Of a DNA stretch of 53,858 nucleotides, positions 50,193 to 53,858 are shown one piece after another. This stretch comes from Clostridia bacterium (lineage in GTDB: Bacteria > Bacillota > Clostridia > Oscillospirales > Acutalibacteraceae). The notes under the pieces were generated by a model that was not told where the DNA came from, did not search any database, and saw only the letters and a list, made by a program, of their open reading frames with translations. The stretch is taken from contig CAAEIM010000076.1 of assembly GCA_900755995.1 (NCBI GenBank), forward strand, positions 1 through 53,858, given 5' to 3'. The position numbers were made by a program, and so were the translations under genes. Positions within the stretch are counted from its first letter, which is position 1; every line of letters begins with the position of its first letter.

Positions 50193-51164
50193 TTATTTCA
50201 GTTTTTTAACAGGTCTTACATATTTCCAGAATCTTTGACAGTCGTGATAAAAATAAAACACCCTGCCCTGCGTTGTATCAAGTTCATAGCCGCTTGCCGA
50301 ATAGTCAAATTCTTTCATAGTCTTTTCGATTTTTGCCTCAACGATAGAATTTTCACTTTCAAAATCAAAAGGGCCGTGTTCAAAGACGATATATTCTCCC
50401 TCATCTACATCCATCATCTGCATATTGGAAGGTATCTCTCCACTATATTCAAACGGTAAACGAACTCCGTAAGCTTCAGCAAGGGGAATCCCCCAACTGC
50501 AAATGCGACCTTCAGGCTCATTGATAAAAGCCATTAACTGACCGCTGCCGCTGTCCGGGTCACTGCCGCCTGCGTCATCTAACTTGCCCTTGATACTGTC
50601 AAGCAGTCCGCATATTGTTTCGCAGTCCTGTCCCGGAATAAGGCTCTGCTTTTGCCAAAAATCAAAATAACCTATGCTCTCGTAATTTCTGATGTGCAAA
50701 AACTTATGTTTAGGTATTGTCACAAAATATGTTTTTACACCCTCTGCCGATTTTTCCATACTCGTACCTCCGCAATCTAAAAGATAGCAATCAAAAGGCT
50801 TAATAGCAGTACGAAGAACAACAGGTTTGGGATTTTGACGGTATTCGCTCGGCGTAATTCCATATGCTTCCTTGAAAGCTCGTGTAAAAGCTTCGTGCGA
50901 AGAAAAGCCATATCTTAAAGCAATGTCTAAAATTCCATTTTCTGTGTCACGAATATCTTTGAGAGCAAATGCAAGCTTTCTGTAACGCAGATAATCTCTT
51001 AGCCTCATTCCTGAGATTTCTTTGAATTTTTTTGACACATAAAATTCGGAATACCCGAGCTTATCTGCAAGATAATTCAAAGTCAAAGCTTCATCCTTTT
51101 GACTCTTTACACACAAATCTATTTCATCCACAATCTCCTGAATATTTTTCAGCCATTCGTACAT
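50193..51164 (-). CDS. AraC family transcriptional regulator (N-terminal HTH, C-terminal GyrI-like effector domain)
   Basis: LADKLGYS, ILDIALRYGFSSHEAFTRAFKEAYGITPSEYR; RBS AGGAG. Confidence 0.92.
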   Translation of the reverse strand: MYEWLKNIQEIVDEIDLCVKSQKDEALTLNYLADKLGYSEFYVSKKFKEISGMRLRDYLRYRKLAFALKDIRDTENGILDIALRYGFSSHEAFTRAFKEAYGITPSEYRQNPKPVVLRTAIKPFDCYLLDCGGTSMEKSAEGVKTYFVTIPKHKFLHIRNYESIGYFDFWQKQSLIPGQDCETICGLLDSIKGKLDDAGGSDPDSGSGQLMAFINEPEGRICSWGIPLAEAYGVRLPFEYSGEIPSNMQMMDVDEGEYIVFEHGPFDFESENSIVEAKIEKTMKEFDYSASGYELDTTQGRVFYFYHDCQRFWKYVRPVKKLK

Positions 51165-51392
51165 CTCAGCAACTCCTTTTGATTACAATATAATTTTATC
51201 AAATTTCCTTGCAGTTTGCTTGATTTCACTTGTAAATTTTTGATTCCTATTTGACTTTCTGCAAAAGTAAGAAAAACAAAGAAATTGTATTTTAAATTAT
51301 AGTAACCAGATTATTTATGTACCAATCTGCCTTTTAGAGCAAATTTATTTAATACGGCAGCACACCGTACCTTAAAATTTCTGTAAATTAAC

Positions 51393-51955
51393 TCAACGGT
51401 GTTTATTTTGATGTACTTCACCTGAATGGTAAGCATTAATAAGCTCTTTTAAGTCGCAGATTGATTCTTTAATTTTTGCGCCGTTATCGGTATCGCTTAC
51501 AAGAATCCTTCTGTCTGCCATCTCGGAGGCAACTCTGTGAGTCTGCATATATGTACAATTTTTATTGCTTCTCCGACTGAGCGTAAAGACTCGTGAACAG
51601 TAAGCATAAGTACATAGGAATTGTATATAAGCGTATAACCTGCAATTCCGGTAACTTTATGTTACGGAAGTGAAAAGCCACCATCAATATTATAACACAG
51701 CCCCCACATTTTACAAGATTTTCGCCCTGCCGATGATGTATGGGCACATGACCGTTTATTATATGCCTGTTCTCCATTTTATATTCGGGATGCTCTCTGA
51801 TAAGCTGACCCTCCAGCCTAAACTGAATAATTGAAATTACCTTATGAGCCTTCATTTCAAGTCTTATTTGGGAAGTGTCACTGCTTTTACTTCTGATTTT
51901 GAATTACAGGCAAGGGTCGTCACCGTAGGTTTTCATTGCAAACAGCATAAGCAGT
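51393..51955 (-). pseudogene. fbp: Decayed class III fructose-1,6-bisphosphatase
   Basis: Fragments TYGDDPC, HKVISIIQFRLEGQLI, HIINGHVP, IDGGFSLP*HKVTGIAGYTLIYNSY, RILVSDTDNG in several frames with stops and an internal deletion. Confidence 0.85.
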
Positions 51956-52030
51956 AAAATACTAAAATGCTATAATAAAATAATCATAAATGGTCAAAGC
52001 TGTGGTCAAGGCTATAATTTAAGCAAAAAG

Positions 52031-52072
52031 AAAAACCGCTAAACAGCCTTAAAATGGCTTGTTTAAGCGGTT
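52031..52072 (-). terminator. Terminator-like hairpin 3' of the tRNA-Pro fragment
   Basis: AACCGCT-AAACA-GCC..GGCTTGTTTAAGCGGTT. Confidence 0.65.
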
Positions 52073-52077
52073 ATCCG

Positions 52078-52091
52078 TGGTCGAGGTGACA
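52078..52091 (-). mobile_element. tRNA-Pro 3' fragment, att-like site
   Basis: Reverse complement TGTCACCTCGACCA (CG-A-CCA end typical of tRNA-Pro), followed by a terminator and TGGTCAA direct repeats; integrase about 0.7 kb away. Confidence 0.6.
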
Positions 52092-52150
52092 TACTTTCAT
52101 TTATACAAAATAACTACCCCGCTTGTTGGTAACTTATTAAGAGGAATGTA

Positions 52151-52278
52151 TCATCAACGCTCTCGCTAAAAACAGTCCACTGGACTGTTTTTGCCTATGG
52201 CACGCTCGCCTTCAAGTCCTGTCACTCGTTTGCTTGTAAAATTAAAAAACAGATACCCTGTTGGATATCTGTTTTTTA
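52151..52278. repeat. REP-like palindromic module containing an inverted tRNA T-arm copy
   Basis: AAAAACAGTCCA-C-TGGACTGTTTTT, TGCC-TAT-GGCA, TTCAAGTCCTGTCACTCG, TAAAAAACAGATA..TATCTGTTTTTTA. Confidence 0.55.
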
Positions 52279-52827
52279 TGTATTAGGACGTCACACTGAT
52301 AGCGGAAGCACATTTCTCTGACGGCATGCGCTTTACTACGAATCCGTGAGGTTTGTTGTAGATATTTGAAGATGCACCAATTATATATTCCGATCTTCAC
52401 ATATTCATCGAGTAGGAAAACCTATTTTATCTCACATCTAATAGAGAAGGATTATCGCTATGACTTTTTCTTCAGTTTTCTGATTAACCTATATCGTTGC
52501 CACATAGCATCAATCAACCATTCTATTTTTTCAAGCACATCAAGTCTCCTGTTTATATTGTAGATATAAAATAATCTATATTTAAAAATATCAAAAGCAT
52601 GAGTTCAATATTTTTGACTTTTAGATCGCCACTCCTAAGTTATCTTTCCAAAAGACAAAATGCACCCGTTTTTAATTTTGTGAAATTAACTCGTAATATG
52701 AAACGGAGTAATTATATAAAAAACATGCTCCACCGGCAATAATAATGTAGTATGAAGAATTCCCTAGAATCTCTGTCGCATTTGCACAGAATTTACAATG
52801 CGGGGCATTCACTATTTCCTTATCGGA

Positions 52828-53775
52828 TTATAGTAGTTCATTCAAAAAATTCATGCACTTAATTTTCTGTTGCAGATTTGCACTACCATATACATTCAGC
52901 GTGAACGAAACATTTTTATGTCCAAGGATTTCAGAAAGTGATTTTACGTCGAACTCCGGTATTTCTATTGCTCTTACGGCAAAAGTGTGTCGAATTTCAT
53001 GAAATTTTACTTTCTGCAGCCCATTCCTCTTGAGAAAACGAGCAAAAAATTGACGATATGTCCTTGGCTCGGTTGGCTTAGTCTTACCAGTTAGAAAGTA
53101 GTGATTAGGATTGTCCGTATAAAACTTCTTGATAATATTCATCAAAAGTGACGGAACCGGAATCGTTCTCGCTGACGTTTTCGTTTTTGGTGGACCGATA
53201 TGTAGGTATGAGCTTTCTTTCTTCTTGTCATAAATACGCTGTACGGTTTTATTGATTGAGATTGTCTTGTCCGCGAGCGAGATGTCCTTCATTTGAAGTC
53301 CGCAAAGCTCTCCTATTCGAACTCCGGTAAACAGGGCAATGAGGATACCTGCGGTCTTCCTGCTCAAATTCAAATAAATGCATTGTATTAGTGCTTGCTC
53401 CTGATCCTTTGACAATGAGACCACCTTCTTGACGCCTAGCTCTTTTGGATATTCGATTAGATCCCAGTTCAATAGAGGAATAACCCTCTCCATGTAGGCA
53501 TACTCCATTGACAATCGTAAAACGAGAATTACATCTCGGATTGTTTTTACTGTAAGCCCACCGGAATTATCCAACCGCCCAGATTCGTATAAATACGATA
53601 TGTAGCCTTGGATGTCTGCTTCAGTGATACTGCCAATCTTACGCTTGCCGAAATAGGGAATTAAATGATTTTCGGCAATCAGCATAAAGCTGGCATGGGT
53701 TGACGGGGTAATCATTGGCTTCTTGTGATTTAGCCATTCATTAACCAACGTCTTAAATTGTGTATTATTAGTCAT
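52828..53775 (-). CDS. Tyrosine recombinase/integrase (short form, no arm-binding domain)
   Basis: TGVRIGELCGL, PKTKTS, FHEIRHTFA, LGHK, TLNVY; GGAGG favours ATG 53775. Confidence 0.93.
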   Translation of the reverse strand: MTNNTQFKTLVNEWLNHKKPMITPSTHASFMLIAENHLIPYFGKRKIGSITEADIQGYISYLYESGRLDNSGGLTVKTIRDVILVLRLSMEYAYMERVIPLLNWDLIEYPKELGVKKVVSLSKDQEQALIQCIYLNLSRKTAGILIALFTGVRIGELCGLQMKDISLADKTISINKTVQRIYDKKKESSYLHIGPPKTKTSARTIPVPSLLMNIIKKFYTDNPNHYFLTGKTKPTEPRTYRQFFARFLKRNGLQKVKFHEIRHTFAVRAIEIPEFDVKSLSEILGHKNVSFTLNVYGSANLQQKIKCMNFLNELL

Positions 53776-53858
53776 ATTGACCACCTCCACTGTTATTATC
53801 TTGTGGAGGAAAAAATAACATAGCTTTAATCCTCAAGTAACGGTCTCGAAAAGCGTCC

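Noticed and set aside
51562..51855. 97-aa ORF as a real protein
   Set aside because: It is a chimera of fbp pseudogene fragments joined by a deletion and a frameshift.
52366..52563. 65-aa plus-strand ORF
   Set aside because: TTG start, no recognisable motif, and antisense to a better-supported small ORF.
1..53858. CRISPR array, cas genes, rRNA or complete tRNA genes
   Set aside because: No regularly spaced direct repeats, cas motifs, rRNA-like tracts or full cloverleaf were seen; only tRNA 3' fragments.

Overview
About 54 kb of chromosome from a low-GC anaerobic Firmicute; gene content and order suggest a Ruminococcus/Oscillospiraceae-type gut organism (inference). The centre (about 1-44.5 kb) is mostly housekeeping and mostly minus-strand: aspS-gatCAB, an FtsX-type ABC transporter, pckA, an EndA-like nuclease, a zinc-finger Clp ATPase, ruvCAB-glmM-methyltransferase-ecfAAT-truA, tyrS, mscL, a YgiQ radical SAM protein, ftsK, uppP, tepA and rlmD. 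Both edges are accessory. The left edge has a probable IS1182 end and a tRNA-Leu 3' fragment (att-like). Downstream of rlmD lie a run of small genes and gene fragments, a decayed class III fbp, a tRNA-Pro 3' fragment and a short tyrosine integrase. The most notable items are a probable bile-acid 12-alpha-hydroxysteroid dehydrogenase, a GH13-DUF1653 fusion, a two-copy structured intergenic repeat, a tRNA-derived palindromic module next to the att site, and a frameshifted membrane gene at an A6 run. No CRISPR array, rRNA or complete tRNA was seen. No complete novel multi-gene system could be supported. Family assignments come from motif recognition only, with no database search.
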